64,000 nt of DNA, taken from NCBI GenBank assembly GCA_030696455.1, contig JAUYSH010000121.1, positions 10,078-74,077 on the forward strand, given 5' to 3'. This DNA comes from Elusimicrobiota bacterium (GTDB lineage Bacteria > Elusimicrobiota > Elusimicrobia > UBA1565 > UBA9628). Every line of letters starts with the position of its first letter. The first letter of the stretch is position 1. The notes under the pieces were generated by a model. That model saw only the letters and a program-made list of their open reading frames with translations, was not told the DNA's origin and did no database searches. Shown in pieces: positions 7,919-15,700 of the stretch. Position numbers and translations under genes: made by a program.

Positions 7919-8617
7919 TTAGCGCCGGCGGCCGGTCGCGCGCAGCAGGCTCATGAACAGGTTGATGAAGTCGAGGTACAAGGTCAGCGCGCCGCGGATC
8001 GCCTCCTTCGTGTCCTCGTCGGTGCCCGCGTTGCCGATGACGTTCATCTTCTTGATCTTCTGCGTGTCGTAGGCGGTGAGGCCGACGAAGATCAGGATGC
8101 CGAGGTAGGAGACCGCCATTTCGACGGCGGAGCTGCGCACCCACCAGTTGACGACGGAGGCGAGGATGATGCCGATCAGGCCCATCATGCAGAAGTTGCC
8201 GATCGAGGTGAGGTCGGTCTTCGTCGTGTAGCCGTAGAGGCTCATCGCGCCGAACATGCCGCCGGTGAGGAAGAAGGTCGTCGCGATCGAGGCGTTCGTG
8301 TAGATGAGGAAGATCACCGAGATCGTGACGCCGGTCAGGGCCGAGTAGAAGAGGAAGGCGAAGCGCGCGGTGCCGACCTCCATCGTCTTGATCCAGCCGG
8401 CCAGGGCGACGACCAGGCCGAGCTGGGCGATCAGCAGGCCGTAGAAGAGCATCTTGTTCTGCACGAGGGCCATGATCATGCGCGGATCGGAGGCCATGTA
8501 CAGCGCGCAGGAGCCGGTGACCGCGAGGCCGACGCTCATCCAGGCGTAGACCTTCTGGATGAACTCGCGCGACTCGGTCTCGGCGGCGGACATCAGGCCC
8601 GGAGGGGAATAGCTCAT
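7919..8617 (-). CDS. Bax inhibitor-1/YccA family inner-membrane protein
   Basis: Seven hydrophobic segments and the family-typical ..REFIQKVYAWMSVGL.., ..FLTGGMFGAMSLYGYTTKTDL.., ..GLTAYDTQKIK.., ..GALTLYLDFINLF... I prefer the ATG at 8617 (MSYSPP..) over the GTG at 8674 because of the promoter geometry described in the next feature. Confidence 0.88.
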   Translation of the reverse strand: MSYSPPGLMSAAETESREFIQKVYAWMSVGLAVTGSCALYMASDPRMIMALVQNKMLFYGLLIAQLGLVVALAGWIKTMEVGTARFAFLFYSALTGVTISVIFLIYTNASIATTFFLTGGMFGAMSLYGYTTKTDLTSIGNFCMMGLIGIILASVVNWWVRSSAVEMAVSYLGILIFVGLTAYDTQKIKKMNVIGNAGTDEDTKEAIRGALTLYLDFINLFMSLLRATGRRR

Positions 8618-8623
8618 GGGGAC

Positions 8624-8652
8624 AGTGTAGGACCCCGCGCCCGCTTCGTCAA
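8624..8652 (-). promoter_or_regulatory. Promoter (leaderless geometry) of the BI-1 family gene
   Basis: On the minus strand: -35 TTGACG (8652-8647), exactly 17-bp spacer, -10 TACACT (8629-8624), then 6 nt to the ATG at 8617. Confidence 0.5.
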
Positions 8653-8684
8653 TGGTTCCCCAATCCAAGTTCACGGAGTTTGGG

Positions 8685-8704
8685 GACTCGCACCGGTGCG
8701 AGTC
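8685..8704. repeat. Perfect 20-bp palindrome GACTCGCACCGGTGCGAGTC in a divergent intergenic region
   Basis: Read directly; the sequence is exactly self-complementary. It lies 33 bp upstream of the -35 of the BI-1 promoter and about 115 bp upstream of the -35 of the S8 protease promoter. Confidence 0.85.
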
Positions 8705-8817
8705 ATTCGACTGTTCCCGGAAGCAGCGGCGGCGGGCGCCATGTCCCCGTTCGTTTATCTTGTGATAATCCTGCCTCCCGGCGTCCCCCAGCCCCGTGGA
8801 CTTGGAGTACGCCTCCC

Positions 8818-8846
8818 TTGACAGGCCCAGGAGGCGGGGTTACACT
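8818..8846 (+). promoter_or_regulatory. Sigma70-like promoter of the S8 protease gene
   Basis: Perfect -35 TTGACA (8818-8823), 17-bp spacer, -10 TACACT (8841-8846). The leader carries SD GGAGGA (8859-8864) 6 nt before the ATG at 8871. Confidence 0.55.
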
Positions 8847-8870
8847 GGCAGGGACGCGGAGGACCCCTCT

Positions 8871-10892
8871 ATGTTCGCCCCTCGCTTCCTGCTGATGCTG
8901 TCCCTCGTCGCGTTCCCGCTCGGCGCCCGCGCCGGGACGGAGACTGCGCCGATCCTGGACCTTCCTATCGTCAAGGTCCCGGGCCCGCCCTTGGGCCCGG
9001 ACGTCGAGCCTTCGGTCGTCGTCACGCCGGCCACGGCCGGGGCGCTGGAGAAGGCCGGCTGGAAGCTGCGGGCCGACGGCGGACTCGAGCGCGTGGAGGG
9101 CGAGGACAAAGGCCTGATCCCCCCGAGCTACCTGGAGATGGCCGGGTTCGAATGGCGGGACGGCGTTCTGGCGTACGGCGAGTCGCCCGAGGCGGTGCCG
9201 CACGACAAGTTCTTCCCGATCCTCAAGGGGCTGTCCTCGTTCACCACGGCCGCGCGCGTCGAGCCCGCGAAGGCCGGCGCGGCGTTGGCCGCCTGGGGCC
9301 TTCCCCCGAGCGTGGACGGCCGGCGGTTGTACAATCCGAACGGCGACGCGACCTACTTCGGGATCATGCTTCACTACCTGCTCGCGCCGAAGCCGGACCA
9401 GGCCGCGAAGCTCGGCGTGGAGCGGAGCATCGACGTCCTCAACCGCCTGACCCGCGCCCACGAGCAGGCGTTTCGCAAGCAGGCGCCCGACATCGCCCAG
9501 GTCCAGATCGACACAGCGCGGCTGACCTTGTTCTCGCCGCCCCGAGGCGGGGAGACCCCCCTGGGCTCGCCGGCGCTCAAGGCGCGCCCCGATCCGGCGG
9601 CGATGCTCAAGGGCTATAAGGCGCAGCTCGAGGCCGACGCCGCCTCGGCGCTGAAGGACGGGGACGAGCTCCGGCGCAAAGACAGCGTCGAGGCCCTGGC
9701 GGTGCTCAATAATCTGGAGCGACAGCGCCCGCACGGGCGGCTCGACCTCGGAGCGGTTCCGGAGCCCGGCAAGGAAAAGCCCGCCGAGCCCGCCCCCGCC
9801 GGGCCCGCGCCGCCCGGGAAGCCGAAGCTCGAGCCTTACGCGCCCCTCGCCTCGGGATTGCCCGGCCTGCTGCGCGTGCTTGATCGCGTCAACGGGACCC
9901 CTCTGACCCCCGACCAGCAGGAGAACCTGATCAAGTCGTTCCCGATGGGCGATCTGGTCTGGCGCATGGGCGCGCAGGACCTGTGGCGCCAGGGCCTGAC
10001 CGGCAAGGGCGTGAAGGTCGCGGTCATCGACGAAGGCATCGCCCGGCACCCGGAGCTGGAGGGCGCGGTGAAGGAGCGGGTCAACCTGACCGCCCAGCGC
10101 GGCAAGGGCGCCGTCGGCTCGCACGGCACGCACGTCGCCGGCATCATCCACGCGCTGGCCCCCGACGCCGAGCTGCGCGGCTACGCCGTGTTCGCCGGCG
10201 ACGACGGCAACAGCGCTCTGCGGGAGAACCCGGAGCAGCCGATCATCGACGCGATCCACCGCGCCGTCAAGGACGGCAACCAGATCATCAACATGAGCCT
10301 CGGCTCCGGGGACGGCCCCGCGTCCCAGCTCGCGCGCGTCGTCGAGGAGTACGCGAGCAAGGGAGTGATCTTCCTGGTCGCGGCCGGCAATTCCCGTCAC
10401 TACAGCGGCGGCATCGACGCCCCCTCCTCGGCGCCGTCGGCGATCACGGTGGGCTCGCTCAACTCCGCGGGGCGCATGTCCGACTTCTCCAGCTACGGCA
10501 AGCGCTTCAACGCCCGCGAGCTGACCGAGGTGGTCAAGGACGTGTTCATGGCCCCCGGCACGAACATCGTGTCGGCGATGCCGTCCCAGGCGTACTACGC
10601 CGGCAAGAAGCCCGATCCGGAGTACGAGGCGATGAGCGGCACCTCGATGGCGACCCCGGTCATGTCCGGGGTCAGCGCCCTGCTCGTCCAGGACATGGGC
10701 CGCATGACCCTCGTTCCGAGCCCTCTCGAGATGGCCCAGCGGCTGAAGTCCGCGCTCACGGTGAGCTCGACCCAGCTGGACTTCAACACTTTGCCGGAGG
10801 GGGGGACCTTCCTGCAGCCGTTCTTCGTCGTGCGCCCGGTTCAGGCGCTCGAGGCGCTGCGGACCTCGGCCGTGCCGGTCGCGGGGAAGTAG
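8871..10892 (+). CDS. Secreted subtilisin-like serine protease (peptidase S8) with a long unassigned N-terminal region
   Basis: Signal peptide MFAPRFLLMLSLVAFPLGARAG. Catalytic motifs are VAVIDEGI (Asp), GSHGTHVAGII (His) and SGTSMATPVMSG (Ser). About 370 aa precede the catalytic Asp with no motif I recognise. Confidence 0.9.
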   Translation: MFAPRFLLMLSLVAFPLGARAGTETAPILDLPIVKVPGPPLGPDVEPSVVVTPATAGALEKAGWKLRADGGLERVEGEDKGLIPPSYLEMAGFEWRDGVLAYGESPEAVPHDKFFPILKGLSSFTTAARVEPAKAGAALAAWGLPPSVDGRRLYNPNGDATYFGIMLHYLLAPKPDQAAKLGVERSIDVLNRLTRAHEQAFRKQAPDIAQVQIDTARLTLFSPPRGGETPLGSPALKARPDPAAMLKGYKAQLEADAASALKDGDELRRKDSVEALAVLNNLERQRPHGRLDLGAVPEPGKEKPAEPAPAGPAPPGKPKLEPYAPLASGLPGLLRVLDRVNGTPLTPDQQENLIKSFPMGDLVWRMGAQDLWRQGLTGKGVKVAVIDEGIARHPELEGAVKERVNLTAQRGKGAVGSHGTHVAGIIHALAPDAELRGYAVFAGDDGNSALRENPEQPIIDAIHRAVKDGNQIINMSLGSGDGPASQLARVVEEYASKGVIFLVAAGNSRHYSGGIDAPSSAPSAITVGSLNSAGRMSDFSSYGKRFNARELTEVVKDVFMAPGTNIVSAMPSQAYYAGKKPDPEYEAMSGTSMATPVMSGVSALLVQDMGRMTLVPSPLEMAQRLKSALTVSSTQLDFNTLPEGGTFLQPFFVVRPVQALEALRTSAVPVAGK

Positions 10893-11290
10893 TGGCCTAC
10901 CGGATCAAGCGCATAGACCCGTTCTGGCACAAGAACCCCGCGGTGCCCGCCGTCGCGGCCGTGGCCGCGGTCGTCGCGCTGGCCGCCGCGCAGTCCGGCC
11001 GGGGGGCGGTCGCCGCGGCGGCCGGGCTCGCCTTCGGCGCGGCGGTGTTCCTGGCGACGAAGCCCGCCCTGTCCGGCGTGTTCGCGGTGTTCGGCCTCCT
11101 GGCGGGCGTGGTGACCTTCCTCGCGGGGCCGAGCGCGGGGCTCACGCCGGCGATGCGCGCGCTCGCGACCGCCGCCTTCAGCCTCTTCTACATGGTACTC
11201 ATGGACGGCGTCGTGCTCGCCGTCGCCGCGATCTATAATCAGTTCACCCGCGCGGGCCTGCGCGGGCTCAGCCTGCGCCTCGAGGAGTAG
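10892..11290 (+). CDS. Small Ala/Gly-rich polytopic membrane protein, hypothetical
   Basis: The GTG at 10892 overlaps the TAG of the S8 gene by 1 nt. Three to four hydrophobic segments are visible (AVAAVAAVVALAAA, LAFGAAVFLA, VFAVFGLLAGVVTFLAG, ALATAAFSLFYMVLMDGVVLAVAAIY). The start codon is uncertain. Confidence 0.55.
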   Translation: MAYRIKRIDPFWHKNPAVPAVAAVAAVVALAAAQSGRGAVAAAAGLAFGAAVFLATKPALSGVFAVFGLLAGVVTFLAGPSAGLTPAMRALATAAFSLFYMVLMDGVVLAVAAIYNQFTRAGLRGLSLRLEE

Positions 11291-11322
11291 CGCGTCCGTT
11301 GTAACAGTTCGGTGACTGGGCC

Positions 11323-11351
11323 TTGCCCGGCGCGCGACGCACGGCTAAGCT
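11323..11351 (+). promoter_or_regulatory. Weak candidate promoter with leaderless geometry
   Basis: -35 TTGCCC (11323-11328), 17-bp spacer, -10 TAAGCT (11346-11351), then 6 nt to the ATG at 11358. No SD is present. Confidence 0.3.
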
Positions 11352-11357
11352 TAAGGT

Positions 11358-11759
11358 ATGCGAAAACACGATCTTTCGGTCAAGCCCCGGATACTCGTCG
11401 CCGACGAGACGCGCGACCTCACCGACGTCTACGGCTACCTGTTCACTTCGGCCGGCTACCGCGTCCTGCGGGCCTACGACGGCCTCACCGCGGCGGCGCT
11501 CGCGAAGGTGGTCAAGCCGGAGATCGCGGTCCTGAGCCAGCATCTGCCGGGCCTGACGGGGCTCGGCCTGCTGCGCGAGCTGCGCGAGGCGGGCGCGCGC
11601 ACGAAGGTCATCATCACCAGCGGCATGGACGGCTTCTCCGCGCTGGCCGAGCGCGCGCTGGGGGAAGGCGCGAAATACTGCGTTCGCCAGCCCTGCCCCG
11701 CCGAGCGTCTCCTGCGGATGGCGTCGGCGCTGCGCGCTACATCTGCTCCGGGGCGCTGA
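11358..11759 (+). CDS. Stand-alone receiver (REC)-like domain protein with a non-canonical phospho-acceptor position
   Basis: CheY-like layout: ILVADETRD.., ..PEIAVLSQHLPGLTG.., ..KVIITSG... Ser (codon 11535-11537) sits where Asp is expected, and the conserved Lys-Pro reads VRQP. Confidence 0.8.
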   Translation: MRKHDLSVKPRILVADETRDLTDVYGYLFTSAGYRVLRAYDGLTAAALAKVVKPEIAVLSQHLPGLTGLGLLRELREAGARTKVIITSGMDGFSALAERALGEGAKYCVRQPCPAERLLRMASALRATSAPGR

Positions 11760-13389
11760 CGCCCAGGAGCTCGAGGCCCTCGCGGATGGCGTCGCGCACG
11801 CCCGCGATGAGCAGCAGGCGCGCCCGGCCCTGCTCCGGGTCCTCGGCGGAGACGACGGGGCACTTCTCGTAGAAAGGGTGGAACAGGCCGGCCAGCTCCA
11901 TGAGGTAGTTGGCGAGCGGATGCGGCGAGAGCAGGCGCTCGCTGTCGAGCAGCACCTCGGGGAACCACGCGAGCTTGTTGAGCAGCGCCTTCTCCTCGGG
12001 CGCCGTCAGCCACTTCGCGTTCGGCATCGGCAGCTGCGCGCCGGCCGGATGCAGTCCCGTCTCCGCGGCCTTGCGGAAGATCGAGCAGATGCGGGCGTGC
12101 ACGTACTGCACGTAGAACACCGGGTTCTCGCTCGACTGCTTCTTGGCCAGCTCGAGGTCGAAGTTCAGGTGGCTGTCGGGCGTGCGCAGGGCGAAGAAGA
12201 AGCGGCAGGCGTCCTTGCCGACTTCATCAAGGATTTCCCGAAGGGAAATGAAGGTGCCGGCGCGCTTGGACATCTTCACCGCTTCGCTGCCGCGGAAGAG
12301 GTGGATGAGCTGGTGGACGATCGCGTGATAGCTCTCGGCGGGCTTGCCCAGCGCCGCGATCGCGGCCCGCATGCGCGGCACGTAGCCGTGATGGTCGGCG
12401 CCGAAGATGTCGATGACCCGCTCGAAGCCCCGGTCGTACTTGTCCTTGTGGTAAGCGATGTCGGGCAGGAAATAGGTCGGCTTGCCGGTGCTCTTGACGA
12501 GCACGCGGTCCTTGTCGTCGGTGGAGCCCTCGGCGGACTGCGTGCCGAGCCACACGGCTCCGTCCTTCTCGAAGACCATGCCGCGACCCTTGAGGAACTC
12601 GAGCGTCCTGGGCACGGCCCCGGAGGCGAACAGTTCGCTCTCCAGGTACCAGCGGTCGAAATGAGCGTCGAACACCTTCATGTCGTCCTTGTGGGAGGCG
12701 AGCAAGGTGTCCATCGCGTAGCGTCCCCACTGCGCCGCGTCCCACTTTTCCTTCTCCGCGGGAGCCAGGGCGGCGAGGTCGACGAGGTACTCGCCTTGAT
12801 AGCCTTTCTCCGGGACCTTGGCGTCCTCGCCCTTCGACTGCCGGTAGCGCGCCATGATCGATTCGCCGAGCAGTATGACGCGGTCCCCGCCGTCGTTGAC
12901 GTAGTACTCGGCCTTGGCATCGCGGCCGAGGCGCTTCATGATGCGGACCAGGCTGTCTCCGAGGGTCGCGCCGCGTCCCGACGCCATGTGAAGAGGGCCG
13001 GTGGGATTGGCGGACACGAACTCCACCAATACTTTCGTTTTAGGCCCGCCTTCGTCCTCCCCGTAGATTTTCGGCGCCAAGGTGATGGCCTTGAGATTGG
13101 CGCACAGCGCGGTCTGCTTGAGCACGATGTTGACGAAGCCGGGCGGCGCCGGCGCGGCGCTCTCGACCTCCGGGACCCGGGCCAGGTGCTCGGCCAGGGA
13201 CTTGGCCAATTCGACCGGATTTTTCTTGGCGGCTTTGGCGGCGGCGAGCGGCCACGGCAGGGAGAGGTCGGCCTTCACGTGGGCGGGCGGCGCGTTGACC
13301 GGCAGGTTCTCGGGCACCGGCACGCCCGCGGCGCCCGCCCATTTGCGGGCCTCGTGGGCCAGCTTTTTGCGTATCGCGGCGATGATCAT
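11737..13389 (-). CDS. argS: Arginine--tRNA ligase
   Basis: 550 aa with ..FVSANPTGPLHMASGRG.. (HIGH-type), ..AVKMSKRAGT.. (KMSK), and a C-terminal anticodon-binding region ending ..GVSAPEQM. Confidence 0.93.
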   Translation of the reverse strand: MIIAAIRKKLAHEARKWAGAAGVPVPENLPVNAPPAHVKADLSLPWPLAAAKAAKKNPVELAKSLAEHLARVPEVESAAPAPPGFVNIVLKQTALCANLKAITLAPKIYGEDEGGPKTKVLVEFVSANPTGPLHMASGRGATLGDSLVRIMKRLGRDAKAEYYVNDGGDRVILLGESIMARYRQSKGEDAKVPEKGYQGEYLVDLAALAPAEKEKWDAAQWGRYAMDTLLASHKDDMKVFDAHFDRWYLESELFASGAVPRTLEFLKGRGMVFEKDGAVWLGTQSAEGSTDDKDRVLVKSTGKPTYFLPDIAYHKDKYDRGFERVIDIFGADHHGYVPRMRAAIAALGKPAESYHAIVHQLIHLFRGSEAVKMSKRAGTFISLREILDEVGKDACRFFFALRTPDSHLNFDLELAKKQSSENPVFYVQYVHARICSIFRKAAETGLHPAGAQLPMPNAKWLTAPEEKALLNKLAWFPEVLLDSERLLSPHPLANYLMELAGLFHPFYEKCPVVSAEDPEQGRARLLLIAGVRDAIREGLELLGVSAPEQM

Positions 13390-14474
13390 GAGGCCTCTTG
13401 GCTCGCGACGACGGGCATGCCCATCAGGCGCTTGACCGTGTCCGGGTCGTGCGCCGCGCCGAGCGCCTCGTCGAGCTCGAGCAGGTTCTGCTTGAGCAGG
13501 AACGCCAGGTACTGGTCCATCGTGATCATGCCGTGCTTGGCGCCGGCCTCGATGGCTCCGTAGATCTGGTGGGTCTTTGCCTGGCGTATGAGATTAGCGA
13601 TCCCGGATGTGATCTTCATGAACTCGCGCGCGCAGACCTGCCCGCCGCCGCCCTTGCGCGGCAGGAGCTGCTGGCAGACGACGCCCTGCAGGACCGTCGA
13701 GAGCTGCACGCGCACCTGCTGCTGCTGGTGGGCGGGGAACACGTCGATGATGCGGTCGACGGTGGTGGCGGCGTCGTGGGTGTGGAGGGTGGCGAAGCAC
13801 AGGTGGCCGGTCTCCGCGGCGGAGATCGCGAGCTGGATCGTTTCCAAGTCACGCAACTCGCCTATTAAGATCACATCGGGGTCCTGGCGCAGCGCGTGGC
13901 GCAGGGCGTCGGAGAAGGACTTGGTCGTCGAGCCGACCTCGCGCTGGAGGATGACGGACTGCTTGTCGTCGTAGACGAACTCGATCGGATCCTCGATCGT
14001 GAGCACCTTCTTGGGATGCTTGATGTTGATCTGCTCGATGAGGCAGGCGAGCGTCGTGGACTTGCCCGAGCCCGTGGGGCCGGTGACGAGCACGAGGCCG
14101 CGCGGCAGGTCGATCAGATTCGCGATCGAGGGCATGAGGCCGATCTCGACGGGCGTGGGGATCTTCGCCGAGATCACGCGGAAGACGGCGGCGATGCCGT
14201 TCTTCTGGCGGGACACGTTGAGCCGGAAGCGGGCGACACCGGGCAGCGAGACGGAGCCGTCGAGCTCCCAGGCGTCCTCGAATTTCGCGCGCTGGGCCTC
14301 GGTCAGCACCGAGTAGACCATGCGCTCGCACTCCTCGGCCTTGACCTCGGACAGGCCGGGGAGCGGCTCGATGATCCCCTGGCGCCGCACCATCGGGGGC
14401 TTGCCGACGACGAGATGCAGGTCGCTGGCCCCGAGGCGGGCCGTCTGCGCGAGGACCTCGGTCAGTTCCGCCAT
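13386..14474 (-). CDS. pilT: Type IV pilus retraction ATPase, PilT/PilU family (paralogue 2)
   Basis: Starts at MAELTEVLAQTARLGASDLHLVVGKPPMVR. Walker A GPTGSGKST is present, with ..LRQDPDVILIGELRD.. and ..GHLCFATLHT... The upstream part of the ORF is Arg-rich and was rejected. ATGA overlap with the argS start. Confidence 0.9.
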   Translation of the reverse strand: MAELTEVLAQTARLGASDLHLVVGKPPMVRRQGIIEPLPGLSEVKAEECERMVYSVLTEAQRAKFEDAWELDGSVSLPGVARFRLNVSRQKNGIAAVFRVISAKIPTPVEIGLMPSIANLIDLPRGLVLVTGPTGSGKSTTLACLIEQINIKHPKKVLTIEDPIEFVYDDKQSVILQREVGSTTKSFSDALRHALRQDPDVILIGELRDLETIQLAISAAETGHLCFATLHTHDAATTVDRIIDVFPAHQQQQVRVQLSTVLQGVVCQQLLPRKGGGGQVCAREFMKITSGIANLIRQAKTHQIYGAIEAGAKHGMITMDQYLAFLLKQNLLELDEALGAAHDPDTVKRLMGMPVVASQEAS

Positions 14475-14812
14475 GCCAGCTCCTTGGCGCCGTCGTGCAG
14501 CCGCTCGAGCGCGTACAGCTCGCGCGCCTCCTCGACCATCAGGTGGACGATGAGGCCGCCGAAATCGAGCACGCGCCACAGGTCGCTCTGCGGCCGGTTG
14601 CGGTGATGGACCCGCAGGCCCGCCTTTTCAAGATGTTCGGCAAGCTTGTCTTCGAGCGATTCTAAGTGCGGCCGTGACAGCGCGGTCGCGATGATCAGGT
14701 AGTCGGACAGCGGGCTCGTCTTGCGGACGTCGAGCAGGAGGATGTCCGCGGCCTTGTTCTCGTTCATGGCGCGGGCGGCGGCGACGGCGACCGTCTTAAA
14801 GGCTTTGGGCAT
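14462..14812 (-). CDS. rsfS: Ribosomal silencing factor RsfS (iojap family)
   Basis: 116 aa with ..KAADILLLDVRKTSPLSDYLIIATALS..HLESL.. and ..WRVLDFGGLIVHLM..ARELYALERL.., typical RsfS. Confidence 0.88.
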   Translation of the reverse strand: MPKAFKTVAVAAARAMNENKAADILLLDVRKTSPLSDYLIIATALSRPHLESLEDKLAEHLEKAGLRVHHRNRPQSDLWRVLDFGGLIVHLMVEEARELYALERLHDGAKELAWRN

Positions 14813-15698
14813 TAGACCTCGTTTGAAGACGGCGGCGTAGCGCCTCGTCGGCGCGGAAATCCAGGTTCTCGAGGGCCGAGGCGAGCAGGCGCGCGACGGC
14901 GGACAGCGTGCGGGCGGTCTCGGCGCGCCGTCCCTCGTCGGGGACGACGGCGGCCCGGACGCGCAAGGTCGCCAGCAGCTTTTCCGGCGAGCGCAGGACC
15001 AGGACCAAGGTGCGGTCGTCCGTCCAGGCCTGCGCGGGCGCGGCCTTCGGCGGCAGCGCGGCGGCCTCGGGGCCGAAGGCCTCGGGCCCGGCGGCGCCCG
15101 CGGGGTCCATCTCCTCGTTGTAGGGGTTGTACGCGTAGGCGCAGGCCGACCAGTCCCCGTCGAGGTGGGGCAGGAAGCGGCCCAGGGCTCGCTCGAGCAA
15201 GGAGGCCGGGCTCGCGGCGGGCTCGATGAGGAGGATCGACAGGTCGTACATCAGGGCCAGCTCCGCGGAGGTGCGGCGCAGGCGGCGCGACTGGACCTGG
15301 ACGAGCTCGGAGAAGAACTGCATCGCGTCCTGTGGGTTGGCCGACAGCCACGCCTTGAGGTCGTCGCGCTTGAGGCGGAGCAGCTTCGCTGCTCCGACTG
15401 AGTATGCTCCGGCCGACCGAGGGACCGCGTCGAGCAGGGCCATCTCGCCGAAGCAGTCGCCCGCGCCGAGGGAGGCCAGGTCCTTCTGGCCGCCGCCGGA
15501 GAGGCGCTTGGTCACGCGCACGCGGCCGGACAGGACGAAGTAGAGCCCGTCGCCGATCGTGCTCTCCGCGAAGACCTCCCCGCCGTCGGGGAACGTCAGG
15601 GGCTCCAGGTAGGCCGACAGCGCGCGCAGGCGTTCCTCGGGATATTGATCGAAGAGCTCCAGGGAACGAAGCAGCGCGACGCGGTCGGTGTCGGCCAT
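14796..15698 (-). CDS. Cyclic-nucleotide-binding (CNB/Crp-type) domain protein with an unassigned, possibly GAF-like C-terminal half
   Basis: ATG at 15698 (MADTDRVALLRSLELFDQYPEE..). Canonical phosphate-binding cassette GDCFGEMALLDAVPRSAGA. The C-terminal 150 aa or so are unassigned. The upstream part of ORF 14796..16115 is a shadow of pilT. Confidence 0.8.
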   Translation of the reverse strand: MADTDRVALLRSLELFDQYPEERLRALSAYLEPLTFPDGGEVFAESTIGDGLYFVLSGRVRVTKRLSGGGQKDLASLGAGDCFGEMALLDAVPRSAGAYSVGAAKLLRLKRDDLKAWLSANPQDAMQFFSELVQVQSRRLRRTSAELALMYDLSILLIEPAASPASLLERALGRFLPHLDGDWSACAYAYNPYNEEMDPAGAAGPEAFGPEAAALPPKAAPAQAWTDDRTLVLVLRSPEKLLATLRVRAAVVPDEGRRAETARTLSAVARLLASALENLDFRADEALRRRLQTRSNAQSL

Positions 15699-15700
15699 GC

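Noticed and set aside
6484-10892. A dedicated cell-death island made of the caspase-fold gene, the Bax-inhibitor-1-family gene and the subtilase as one system.
   Set aside because: The three have separate promoters and different orientations. The BI-1 gene is convergent with the C14 gene and divergent from the S8 gene. BI-1/YccA proteins are common housekeeping membrane proteins in bacteria. The eukaryote-inspired naming link is not evidence of function, so this is reported only as neighbourhood context.
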